Made by a program: the position numbers and the translations under genes. Positions 12,801 to 23,477 of a stretch of 64,000 bases of DNA are shown piece after piece. The notes under the pieces are model-generated. The model was not told the DNA's origin and searched no databases. It was given only the letters and a program-made list of their open reading frames with translations. This stretch comes from Oopsacas minuta (taxonomy: Eukaryota; Animalia; Porifera), in contig JAKMXF010000111.1 of NCBI GenBank assembly GCA_024704765.1, forward strand, positions 946,619 to 1,010,618. Direction: 5' to 3'. How positions within the stretch are numbered: position 1 is the stretch's first letter; each line of letters opens with the position of its first letter.

Positions 12801-13921
12801 ATTCTATCAGGATCCCATCGAGGGATGGAGCCTACTGGATATCGTCAATACGGATACACATGGGGTGTTATTATACACAGTTCCTCAAGAGAAACAATTC
12901 CCTGTTGGTGTGCATGTGATACATATGTTAGTTTGTGGAACAGTTAGTACAGAGGTACAACTAGCAGTACTACCTGCTACACAGACAGTGGATGCAGTTA
13001 TGTTCAGCGTAGACGGATCTTTCTACAGAGACTTCTCGGTTAAAGGGAATAAGTCGAAAGTCAGACCCGGGAGTGTAGAGATTGTAGAGTGAGTTCATAG
13101 TGTGAAGTTAGATAATCATACGAACGATTTGAATGCTTTAAGTATACTCTTAATTTAAGTTTAACAAGTTTAATCATAGTTTTATTTGTAAAATACTTCT
13201 AACCTATTATTTATCCTATATTTAGAGCTGTGTGTTAATTGTCCAGAAATTAAGTTGGATACTAAGAAATAGATCAGGAATCACGTATCACACATATGAT
13301 ACTATAAGATGTATTACGTATTAAAACTCAGCTTTTACTGATAGAATAATATTCGTGATAGTTAACTTTTGGCTAAACAAGGGAAACAATTCTCATGAAT
13401 TTTTCATATATCATATGAGTTATGGCATTTTGCTGCTGAAACATTAACTCTTAATTGTATTAAATACGGATATTTGATACTTTTATTACTTAATAATATT
13501 ACATAAATAATGTAGGTTTTGGAAGAATCATGGCTATCTAATCTTCTACGTCACAGCTCGTCCAGACATGCAAAAGAACGATATAATGCACTGGTTTGAT
13601 AAGAAAAACTTTCCCTCTGCTCTGACATACTTCAACGAAGGAGTCACAACAGATCCACAGGCACACAAGTCAACATATATTAGACATCTCATACAGGACT
13701 TAGGTGTACGCATTTGTGCTGCTTATGGATCGAATAAAGAAGTACAGACATACGGAGAGGCAGGTATACCTCAGAATTGTATATATTCACTGAGCAAGAA
13801 GGCAAAGTTAACCGGGAGCAGTCAATGTATTGGAGAATGCTTTACAAACCACATACAAGAGTTAAATATAACACCACCCCCTCTGGCTAAAACATCTGTT
13901 CTTCTTGCGACTCATAAGTAA
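9864..13921 (+). CDS. PITPNM1: Membrane-associated phosphatidylinositol transfer protein (Nir/rdgB type), multi-exon
   Basis: PITP domain (MIIKEYRILMPL...VEFRYWGLQSRVE; exons 9864-10430 and 10485-10775), FFAT-like motif EFYDAVD at 10911-10931, DDHD region (NIYYERDPL, RIDF, YWE) and LNS2 region (DGSF, VRPG, AAYGS). The paralog assignment within the PITPNM family is uncertain. Confidence 0.88.
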
Positions 13922-14204
13922 ATTATTATGTTCATATATTGTTTGCTTTGTACATATTCCTGTAAACAATAATTAACCCGTTTTAACTATTATTAATTAA
14001 AACCAAAAGTAATTACCTCTATACAAGTAATAACATACGTATATTGAGGAATTATAGAAAGTAAGGAAGAAATCCATTTACAATAAATTAAATTGACTAC
14101 GAATCTGCTGACAGTAGTATCTGACTGAATCAGCAGAGGATGATAGTTATATTAAATAATACACTATAAATACAGTACATACATATTTATAATACAAATA
14201 TATT

Positions 14205-15431
14205 ATGGATACTGAGCAGGCATTTCAAGAGATAGAACAACAGATTGAGAGTGAGTTTGCTAAGCTCATTCAAGTGATCCTGAAAAGAAAAGATAATCTT
14301 ATTGATGAACTGTACAGGTATAAGAAAGCTCTCATGAAGAAGAGGAGCAAGATAGAAGATCAGAGAGCTCAACTGCATTCAAGTCAGCCAAGAGGTGATA
14401 CAGAGCTAGACAACGAGATAGGAGAGATTGTGAATAATTTCAGTCATGAATTGGAGAAGAAACTAACCCTGCTCTCTGAGAAAGAAGCACAACTAGATTG
14501 TTGTGTTCAATTCAATCTAGAAGTTAAATTGTTAGAGCATCAGCTCAGCAATATCGGAGCGATAGCATTTGCTGCTGTGAACACAGAACCTGAAGTGATA
14601 ACACCATTAAACAGTAACCCCCTATACATGACAGAGGACAAGAAAGAAAAGAAGTTATATCTCATAACTGCTCACAACGAAGGGATAATTCTAGACAAGA
14701 ATATGGAAGTACTGAGTGTTACCTTGCTACCCAAACCTCCTCAGGACATAAAGACAAGAAATTGGGGAGGAATAGCCTCGAATAAACATTCCATATATGT
14801 GAGCTTGCTTAATGAAAATCAAATCGCGGTTTACGACAAGAAATGGAAGTTTTGTCACTATTTTGGGGAGTTTGGAGCGGGTCAAAATCACCTATCAAGT
14901 CCACAAGGTATGTGCTTCTCTGACGGAAAGCTATACGTCTGTGAGGTCCAGAATTCGCGAGTACAGATATTCAAACATGAGAAACATGCAGGTTATCTAG
15001 GCCAGGCTTATTCTAAGCTAGGGAGAGTGTTCCATCCAACGGACATATGTGCTAACCAGAATAATGAAGTGTTCGTTCTGCATAAAGGCAATCCGTGTAT
15101 TAATATGTACGATCATAAGGGCGATTTGATTAGGGAGTTTGGTTCATTTCTGAGTGGAATGGATGCTGAATACCTTGGAGGTCTTAGCGTAACTAACGAG
15201 GATCAGATGGTGATTACCAGCTGGAGTAAGAACCGTGTTTATATCTACAATCAGGAAGGAAACGTATGTGTTATTTTAGGGGGCAACACTAAGAAGGAAT
15301 CTAGTGAACCTGGGATGTTTAATCCTCCTATAGGGGCGTGTCTAACTCCTCAAGGACAAGTAGCTATTTGTGACCACAACAATTCTAGGATACAATCATT
15401 CGATCCTGAGAAAGTACTTTCTATTTTCTAA
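14205..15431 (+). CDS. Coiled-coil plus NHL-repeat protein (TRIM-NHL-like, no RING or B-box), intronless
   Basis: N-terminal coiled coil followed by NHL repeats (FGEFGAGQNHLSSPQGMC, HPTDIC, GMFNPPIGAC...CDHNNSRIQ). Confidence 0.8.
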   Translation: MDTEQAFQEIEQQIESEFAKLIQVILKRKDNLIDELYRYKKALMKKRSKIEDQRAQLHSSQPRGDTELDNEIGEIVNNFSHELEKKLTLLSEKEAQLDCCVQFNLEVKLLEHQLSNIGAIAFAAVNTEPEVITPLNSNPLYMTEDKKEKKLYLITAHNEGIILDKNMEVLSVTLLPKPPQDIKTRNWGGIASNKHSIYVSLLNENQIAVYDKKWKFCHYFGEFGAGQNHLSSPQGMCFSDGKLYVCEVQNSRVQIFKHEKHAGYLGQAYSKLGRVFHPTDICANQNNEVFVLHKGNPCINMYDHKGDLIREFGSFLSGMDAEYLGGLSVTNEDQMVITSWSKNRVYIYNQEGNVCVILGGNTKKESSEPGMFNPPIGACLTPQGQVAICDHNNSRIQSFDPEKVLSIF

Positions 15432-15563
15432 GATCATATTGTTGATACCTTACATGTACATAAAGATTTGTTGTTGTTGTGTTGTTTAGCATATATTTAC
15501 CTAATAAAGTAATAAGAAATTAAATGACTGTTTCCAATAATTATATATTTATGAGGTAGAATA

Positions 15564-16605
15564 ATGGCTTGTGCTACAACATTCGAGAGGTATGCAGAAA
15601 AGTTTGAAGACTTAAAAAAGCAAATAGAGAGGAATAGAAACACACGGGAGACCTCAACACATAACAGTAAAGTACATTCTGTAGCCTGGAATTGTGACGG
15701 AAGACGTATAGCATCAGGTTCAGTGGATAAAACAGTCAGTGTACTCACATTAGATAACGATAAACTCAGAAACGAATCTAACTTCAAAGGACATATGGAT
15801 AGTGTAGATCAGGTCTGCTGGCATCCCTCCCATCCAGACCAACTAGTATCCGCTAGTGTAGACAAGACTGTCCGTATCTGGGACGTACGTTCAAATAAAT
15901 GTAGTCATGTTATCAACACGAAAGGGGACAACCTGAATCTGTGTTGGAGTCCAGATGGGTCTACTATAGGTGTAGGGAATAAGGATGACTTAATTACTTT
16001 CATCGATACAAACTCTTATAAGATAAAGGTGGAAGAACAGTTCAAGGTATTATACATTACTCATTTAACAATAAGTAGTGCTATGTTCTATTATGTGTAA
16101 TTAGGTGGAAGTGAATGAGATCTCATGGAATAACACATCAGATATGTTCTTCCTTACAACAGGACATGGTTGGATTAATGTACTCAGCTATCCAGAGCTA
16201 AAACAGCTACACACTATCAATGCACATCCTGCTAACTGTATATGCATTAAGTTCGACCCTACAGGGAAATACTTCGCTACAGGGAGTGCTGATGCTCTCG
16301 TGAGTCTCTGGGACATATCAGAGCTGGCATGTGTACGTACATTCTCACGATTAGACTGGCCAGTACGTAGCATCAGTTTTAGCTATGATGGACAACTGTT
16401 AGCCTCAGCTTCTGAGGATAGCTTTATCGATATAGGATTCGTAGAAACAGGGTCTAAAGTCTACTCAGTGCAATGCAGTGATCCTACATTCATAGTAGCA
16501 TGGCATCCTAGCAAGTACCTACTGGCTTATGCGTGTGATGAGAAGGATAAGCACAACAGGGATACAGGGAATATTTGGTTATTTGGAGCAAACAATTTGC
16601 TATAG
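15564..16605 (+). CDS. THOC3: THO complex subunit 3 (WD40), 2 exons
   Basis: Exons 15564-16046 and 16105-16605. VHSVAWNCDGRRIASGS and EVNEISWN...AHPANCICIKFDPTGKYFATGSADALVSLWD match THOC3. Confidence 0.95.
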
Positions 16606-16783
16606 TATTAGCCTATTTCTAATGTAATTTTATTATACAAAATTGCAAATTCGTGGAGAGAACAAGACCCTTATACGTATACAAGCTAATCATTATTAAT
16701 TAATTTCCTAATCATGAAAGCATGCATATCTTCAATTACTAACGAATTTATACTAATTTATTGAATACATTGTTTGTATTGTA

Positions 16784-18649
16784 TTAGCGTCTCCATGATT
16801 TTCCCATTTTACTCTTCCCCGCGAGGAGATGCTTGGGTCTTTTCACAACAATCCTTCTGTCAGCTTCTCCAGCAGTATGTACACGTCTTGTCATGTTCCT
16901 AATGTTTCTCTTAGCGCGTTTATTCGCGGCTTTCTTCACCACCGGATTCATAACACCTTCTTCATTACGCGGCATGGATCTAGATCTAGATCTAGCAGCA
17001 CCTGTAGACAGAGATCTCCCGGTATCCATAGCATCCTCACCTCTAATCCCAGGGGTAGTGCTTCTACGTGCACTCTTTGATCTAGCTTTCCTCATTACTG
17101 CATCTGGTAGCTTACTCTTATTGCTACTACTCTTTCTAACTCGTCTCTCTTGAATAAGAATATTCCTTTTATCGCGAATCTTCTCAGCTAATATATGGTT
17201 CTCTCTACTGGTATCATCTTCCATATCAGAGTCTGAATTATAAAAACCAGATTGTTCTCTCATTCCCTCTTCTCTTTCTAAATTCTCCAGCTGTTGTAAT
17301 ATATCTGGATCCACAAAATCATACACATTATGTCCATTCCAAACTTCAGGTATAAAATCGTATTTCTCTTCATCATTATCTAATTTCCAGTGTTGTCTCA
17401 GATCACAGGCATACTCCTCTCTCTCCTCCTGTTCTATCTCCCTCAAGAGTTTCTTCTTGGGGCGTATCTCTACTTCTCCATCTTTCTGACGGGCTCTACG
17501 GTCTAATACACTCTGTGGTATGCAAGGAGGTCTCTCCTTATCGTTTCTCATCTGTGGCATAGCTACATAAAGTCTGTTTAGGATATCTCCTGCTCGCTTT
17601 CCCTGCATTTTGTAGTCAACTCGTTCCGCTAGTAAGAGGTCACATATCTCCCTTCTAACCTCCATTACTCCTTCCTCCGTGAGGGTACTCATCGCAATAA
17701 GAGTTAGTCCCTCCTCTCTCAGAGTATTCAGTACCTCCTGTTTCTCCTGGGAGAGATCTTCAGGACGTAGCACATCCATCTTATTGAGACAAATTATCAA
17801 AGGTTTCCCTTTGAACACCGGCTGAATATTCCTGAATAACTTCAACTGTTCCTCTAGAGTATGTCCACACTGTTCTGATAAATCCATAATGTATAGAATA
17901 CCAGCTCTGAGATGTATTAATGCAGTGATTGCCTGCATTTCAATGGTAGACCGATGGTCAAGTGTCTGATCTAACAAACCCGGAGTGTCAATAACCTGCC
18001 AGCGGAGATACTCATAATCCATATGACCTACGAACAGGGATTTAGTTGTGAAGGCGTAAGGCTGAACGTCTACATCTGCTCGCGTTACTTTGTTAATAAA
18101 GGAGCTCTTACCGACATTAGGGAATCCGGATATGATAATAGTTCGTGTGTTTGGATCGATGGAGGGTAGTCGAGAGAGATGCTGTCTTACTTGTTCCAAA
18201 TACTCCAAACTCTTTGTCTGTCTCTTCATTAGAGTACTCATACGACCTAATGCAGCAATCTTAAGCTGTTTACATCTGTACAGTGAGTCTGCATACTTTA
18301 ATAATCTCGTGTAGTCACGTGCTAGATTGTCCACCAAGTGTTTGGCCTTGTTTAGCTGTCCTAGTGCAATCTTATAATGGTCTCTATCATACAGTACATT
18401 CATGAGATCAGAGTAGAATGGATGTACAGCATCAAGCTTAGGGAAAGCATCAACAATCTGTTGTAATTTGTCGTGATAATTCTGTTGAGTGAATTTGACC
18501 TTACGCATATAGAAGTGTCTAATACGAGATATCTTGAAGTGTCTGTGTACTACTGTTGGTGTTTTACGATGTGTCTTAGAGAGGACTATGTCAATAAAGT
18601 CCTTAGCGTTAGGAACTATTGGTAGTTGTTTGAAGTTGTACTGTGTCAT
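16784..18649 (-). CDS. GTPBP4: Nucleolar GTP-binding protein 1 (NOG1), intronless
   Basis: YNFKQLPIVP, RTIIISGFPNVGKSSF (G1), YAFTTKSLFVGH, DTPGLLD, and a C-terminus ending KPKHLLAGK..KSWRR-like. Confidence 0.97.
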   Translation of the reverse strand: MTQYNFKQLPIVPNAKDFIDIVLSKTHRKTPTVVHRHFKISRIRHFYMRKVKFTQQNYHDKLQQIVDAFPKLDAVHPFYSDLMNVLYDRDHYKIALGQLNKAKHLVDNLARDYTRLLKYADSLYRCKQLKIAALGRMSTLMKRQTKSLEYLEQVRQHLSRLPSIDPNTRTIIISGFPNVGKSSFINKVTRADVDVQPYAFTTKSLFVGHMDYEYLRWQVIDTPGLLDQTLDHRSTIEMQAITALIHLRAGILYIMDLSEQCGHTLEEQLKLFRNIQPVFKGKPLIICLNKMDVLRPEDLSQEKQEVLNTLREEGLTLIAMSTLTEEGVMEVRREICDLLLAERVDYKMQGKRAGDILNRLYVAMPQMRNDKERPPCIPQSVLDRRARQKDGEVEIRPKKKLLREIEQEEREEYACDLRQHWKLDNDEEKYDFIPEVWNGHNVYDFVDPDILQQLENLEREEGMREQSGFYNSDSDMEDDTSRENHILAEKIRDKRNILIQERRVRKSSSNKSKLPDAVMRKARSKSARRSTTPGIRGEDAMDTGRSLSTGAARSRSRSMPRNEEGVMNPVVKKAANKRAKRNIRNMTRRVHTAGEADRRIVVKRPKHLLAGKSKMGKSWRR

Positions 18650-18710
18650 TGTTTGAGGATGTCTTGAGAGAAATATATTACTGTCTGTACAAAATAATCA
18701 AACACTAATA

Positions 18711-18858
18711 TACAGTGGAGCCTGTTATAAGAACATGCCGGATATAAGCACCATCCTGTGGGAAAACTATTCTCATAATCCCTGTATATTTTTGCCGGTT
18801 CTAAGAACACGTATTGCTACTCTCAAGAGTGTTCTTACTATAACCGACATCCACTGTA
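18711..18858. mobile_element. TA-flanked Tc1/mariner-type MITE
   Basis: Ends TACAGTGGA ... TCCACTGTA, with internal TTATAAGAACA / TGTTCTTACTATAA symmetry. Confidence 0.65.
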
Positions 18859-19191
18859 TTCAGATTTGCATGATAGTTAAATATCCTCTATTTCAAACAT
18901 TCAAGAAATCAAAACCTGTTCAACATAACGAATGTTCGATAACAGCCATATAAGATACCGGATATTAACTGTACTCTATTCTGTCATGAATTATTTATAC
19001 TGTCAGGGTGTTTTACAGACGCATAATAACAGGTTCCATTAGTATTTAAGTACGATAAAATCAGGCAGAACTTTACGTAGACTATTTGAATTCTCTATGC
19101 AAGTATAACACAACATAAGTGGTCTAATACTCTTTGAAAATAATCTAATGGTGCTAAATTTCTAGTATTTCTAATATTTCTAAGTTCAGTT

Positions 19192-22100
19192 CTAATAACT
19201 CCTGCCGAATAGTGTGTAAGATTTCGCAGGTTTCCCACACTTAGGATGGATACAACTAAGTTGCGTAGCATCACCAGGTTGGTTGAATGGAATGCAAAGA
19301 CTCTTAGCACCCATAGCCGGTGTCCCTGGGTCTAATTCTTCTCGATAAGTATCAGCTTTAATATTATCTTCACACTTCATATCTTCACAGAAAGGAGCTA
19401 CTATCATATTCTTCTGATCAAGTAACGGTAAGAACTCTGTCCAGTCCTGAATAACCTTGAGGTGATCTCTCTGTTGTTTCAGAGCTGCGTTGAATAAATC
19501 TTCTTGAAAGTCTTTAAGGAATTTACTCACTGTTTCAACTGCCTTAGACAGGTGGCATGTAGTCTTTGGTTCAGATTTAGCAATGCGAGGTACCAACACG
19601 AATTGTTCCTTGTTGACTTCCTCCGGTCCAATGTCTACCCTAAGAGGTACACCCTTCATCTCCCACTGATTGTACTTCCACCCGGGACTATAGTGCTCTC
19701 TGAGATCTGCCTTACATCTGATACCAGCACTCTTTAATAAATCTATAAATTTCTGACAATATTCTAATAACATTTGGTTCTTCTCACTTGTTACTCCACA
19801 GGGTATCACGATAACTTGTATGTTCGCTACTTCCGGAGGCAGTACCAGTCCCTTATTGTCTCCATGTACCATGATAAGTACTCCAATACTCCGTGTAGTT
19901 ATACCCCATGAGTTCTGATGGACAAATGAACGCTTCTTTTGATCGTTAGGGTCTTGAAATCCGATATCAAACATTTTCGCAAAATTCTGTCCTAAGTGGT
20001 GAGAAGTAGCGCCCTGTATACCTCTACCACTAGACGCAATAAAGGCCTCAGTGGTTGTAGTATAGTCTCCTCCTGCAAACTTTTCTTTCTCTGTCTTCCT
20101 ACCTAGTATGACAGGAATAGCCATTAACTCTTCGTAGATCCTGCGATACAACTCAAGTATCTCTAGCACCTAGATAACATATAATTTAATGATTCAATGT
20201 TTTGATATGAAAGATAAAGTTATATACAACTTACTTCTTTCTCAGCCTCATCGCGAGTTGCAAAGGCACTGTGTCCCTCCTGCCAGAGGAACTCTCTAGT
20301 CCTCAAGAAGGGTTGCGGCTTTTTGAACTCCCATCGTACTACATTATTCCACTGATTCAGTCTCAAAGGTAAGTCTCTGTGTGATTGAATCCATCGAGAG
20401 TAAGCTGGATACATAGCTGTCTCAGAGGTAGGACGGATAGCTATCGGTATCTCTAGATCTGTATTCCCTGATTTTGTTACCCAGGCTACTTCCGGTGCGA
20501 AATCCGCTATGTGCGTCTTCTCAGTCTCAAGTGCGGCTTTTGACACAAACATAGGAAAGTACACATTCTCTACTCCAGACTTTTTAATCTCTCCGTCAAA
20601 GAATGCCTTTATTCTCTCCCAAATGCTGTAAGCCCATGGTCTTAGTATGTAGCATCCGCTGACGTCATAATATTCTATCATTTCTGCTTTCCTTATAACA
20701 TCAATGTACCAGTCACTGAAGCAATCTTCCTTAAGAACATCAATTCCTAGCTTTGTTATCTTCTTTAAGCCGGAACCTGATCCTAGATAAACAATAATAA
20801 TCATACAGTAAACAACAGTAGAGTCAACTGCCGTTATATCGAATATGGAAATATCAAAATACCAGCTTATATTGAAGTTTGAAATTGTACAAATATTGTT
20901 CCAAGCTATCATAGTGACATTAATTTCATTGGTTCTATCGAAGTAATTGAATTACGGGAGTTGACAGTATTCGTGTCTATTTGATTATTTATACCTTTCG
21001 CTTCAGCTTGTCCTTTTTTCGGAGGGTTTGATGCTTGAGAAGGTGTCTTAGCTTTCTTAGCAGTATCTTTACTTTGTTGAGCAGGTTGCTAATACAGAAT
21101 AATACATAAAATCGAGTATCTGCATATCTATAGAATCATATGTTGATACCTTTTTTGCCTTTTCTTTAACTTTCTCATCAGTTGATTCTCCCTCCTCTCC
21201 CGTGTGACCGCTAGGAATGGAGAACAGGATACACGGACTCATTTTAGAGGTGTGAATATCCAGCAGATGAGGTTGGTCACATATATAGAACCCTTTCCTC
21301 TGCAGCTGTATTATATCTCCTTGCTTCAGACTATTTAAGTTAGGATCTCCGATAGCTTCTTCTTCAATCCGAGTATTCTTGTTAATGAAATCTTTAAAAT
21401 CTTCCTCCTTCTCAACGAATGGTTTAGTGATTAGATAATCAAATCTAACCAGTATAGTTGGTACAGACGGTGCTGTATCTAACTCAGCTAGCCATGTTAA
21501 AGCAGGTTTTCCTTTATAGGTAGTGTCCTCTGGATGTAAATGCATTTCTACAGAGGTGATATCACGACCAATAACCTTGATATTTGTGACCTCAGCTACA
21601 CCCCAATTAACCAACACCACACGACAACCTCTTGTGAGCGATTTAGCATCAGCTATTTCTAATAGAATATCCTTACAGTACCAAATAGGCTTCATTCCTA
21701 CTGAGGGGTTTTTAGGGTGTTTAGCTACCTGCCCCTCTTTAACCTCTGCATTGATTACACGTACTTTAACCACACCCTGTTTGACAAGAGCAGTCATTCT
21801 GGGTACTACTGGGTCTAAAATCTTCCTGTTAAACGCCCATATCTTGTCCCAATCCATATGTACATTAGACTTAGAAGAACCCTGAGCTATAATGAATTGT
21901 CTTAATCCTTCTAGAGTTAATCCACGTCTCAACACGCCTCTTACAGTAGGCATTCTAGGATCATCCCACCCATCAACTAATCCCTGCTCTACGAACCAGG
22001 CTAACCTCCTCTTTGACAGTATAGTGTGTTGTAGAGCTAGTCTACTGTACTCGTACATGTGTGGGAAGTGTATAGTAGGATCAGTTGGAGCAGGAGTACG

Positions 22101-23309
22101 GATATTTAGCTTTTCAGTGAACCAATAGTACTGAGGATCTCTGTCATGATACTCAGTTGTACGCAGTGCGTGTGTTACGCCCTCTAAACTATCTACTATA
22201 GGACAAGCGAAATCGTATGTAGGGTATGCTTTGTACTTTGTACCTGTACGTATGTGAGATTCAGATTTACACCTGAATATGGTAGGGTCCCTCATGGCTC
22301 CGTTCGCTGACTGCATGTCTATCTTAGCTCTTAAGCAGCATTGTACACCCTTATCACTACCAATTAACATCTCCTTCCACATAGCTAAGTTCTGCTCAAT
22401 ACTGTTATTTTGATTCTTAGAATTTATCAATTCCAGTCTTTCCTTTTTTTGTGTTTCTGCATCTGTGTCATCAACAAATGCATCACCCTGCTTGATCAGC
22501 TGTTCTGCAAACTGAATAGTATCATCAAAGTAGTCCGACGTGTGTGAGTACTTGTTTGCTACAACTCCTAGGAGATCTAGATCCGAGAGGATCTCTTTCT
22601 CAAAGTGTTCATCCTCTTTAGCTGGATTAGTGTCATCAAATCTCATGATAAGTCGTCCTTTGAATGACTGCTGGTAGTGCTGATTGAGAAGAGCAGCTTT
22701 AGCATGACCCACGTGGAGATACCCACTTGCTTCTGGAGGGAATCTAACCACTACCTTCCCTTCCTCAGCTCCAGGCAGTTGTACGAACTTCCCTACATCA
22801 GCTGTCTTAGTTTTCTTCACTACCTTTCCAACAAAGTATTTCTGTACAGCCTGAAAAGCTGGTAATAATTCTAATCGCTGAATCCAGCTTGAAATATTCT
22901 TATAGCTGGTCAGATCTTGATGCTGCCCCTTAATAGTTATGTACATTGCTGCATCTCCAATGGTCAATGATCCTCCTGTGAGATACTGCTTGTCAGATAA
23001 TTCTCCGTCAATGTATGATAACCCACAAGCTGAGAAATGTTTCTGTGCTAACTGACTGTACTCCAGCCAGTGATCTATCTCAGTAGCTATCAATGGGTTC
23101 GATCCGTATAAACCCTTGTCTTGTGCGATACGAGCTAGATAGCGAGCGATGGAGTAATTTGTACTGAAGCTGATACCAGATTCTGTAGTAAGCAGAGTAG
23201 TCTTTCCTTCTTCAACCGATACAATTATTCGTTTGGTCTGTACTAGCTCTGCAGTAATGAGAGAGAGAATTGGAGGAGCGTCGGGGTTTATCGTTAAATT
23301 AACGTGCAT
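19192..23309 (-). CDS. EPRS1: Bifunctional glutamyl-prolyl-tRNA synthetase (GST-like, GluRS, short linker, ProRS), 4 exons
   Basis: Exons 23309-21150, 21088-20995, 20782-20235 and 20169-19192 join in frame (phases 0,1,0). GluRS motifs [14 protein letters not shown] and LSKRRL; ProRS motifs [33 protein letters not shown] and the C-terminus FGRSY. Confidence 0.93.
20819..20969. mobile_element. TA-flanked MITE in an EPRS linker intron
   Basis: TIR TAGAGTCAACTGCCGTTAT / ATTACGGGAGTTGACAGTA; the same family appears at about 35200-35280 and 54900-55031. Confidence 0.65.
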
Positions 23310-23477
23310 TCTATTGGCAGTACAGAGGAATAGGAAATGTCTTAATTATCCGTAATTAATGTTTAATCAGAAAATACAATTCAGCATTTTATTAAGATAG
23401 AGCAAAATTCATAAAAATAAATATATTTAATTATTTACAGGTATTAAAATATGTATAACAAACCGAGAGTTGAGTTA

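Noticed and set aside
14205-15431. RING-less NHL protein as a novelty
   Set aside because: Coiled-coil/NHL proteins without RING are common expansions in sponges and other invertebrates.
19192-23309. Separate GluRS and ProRS genes, as the ORF track suggests
   Set aside because: Canonical splice sites join them in frame; the apparent ProRS N-terminus (MIAWNN...) and GluRS tail (VSTYDS...) are intronic.
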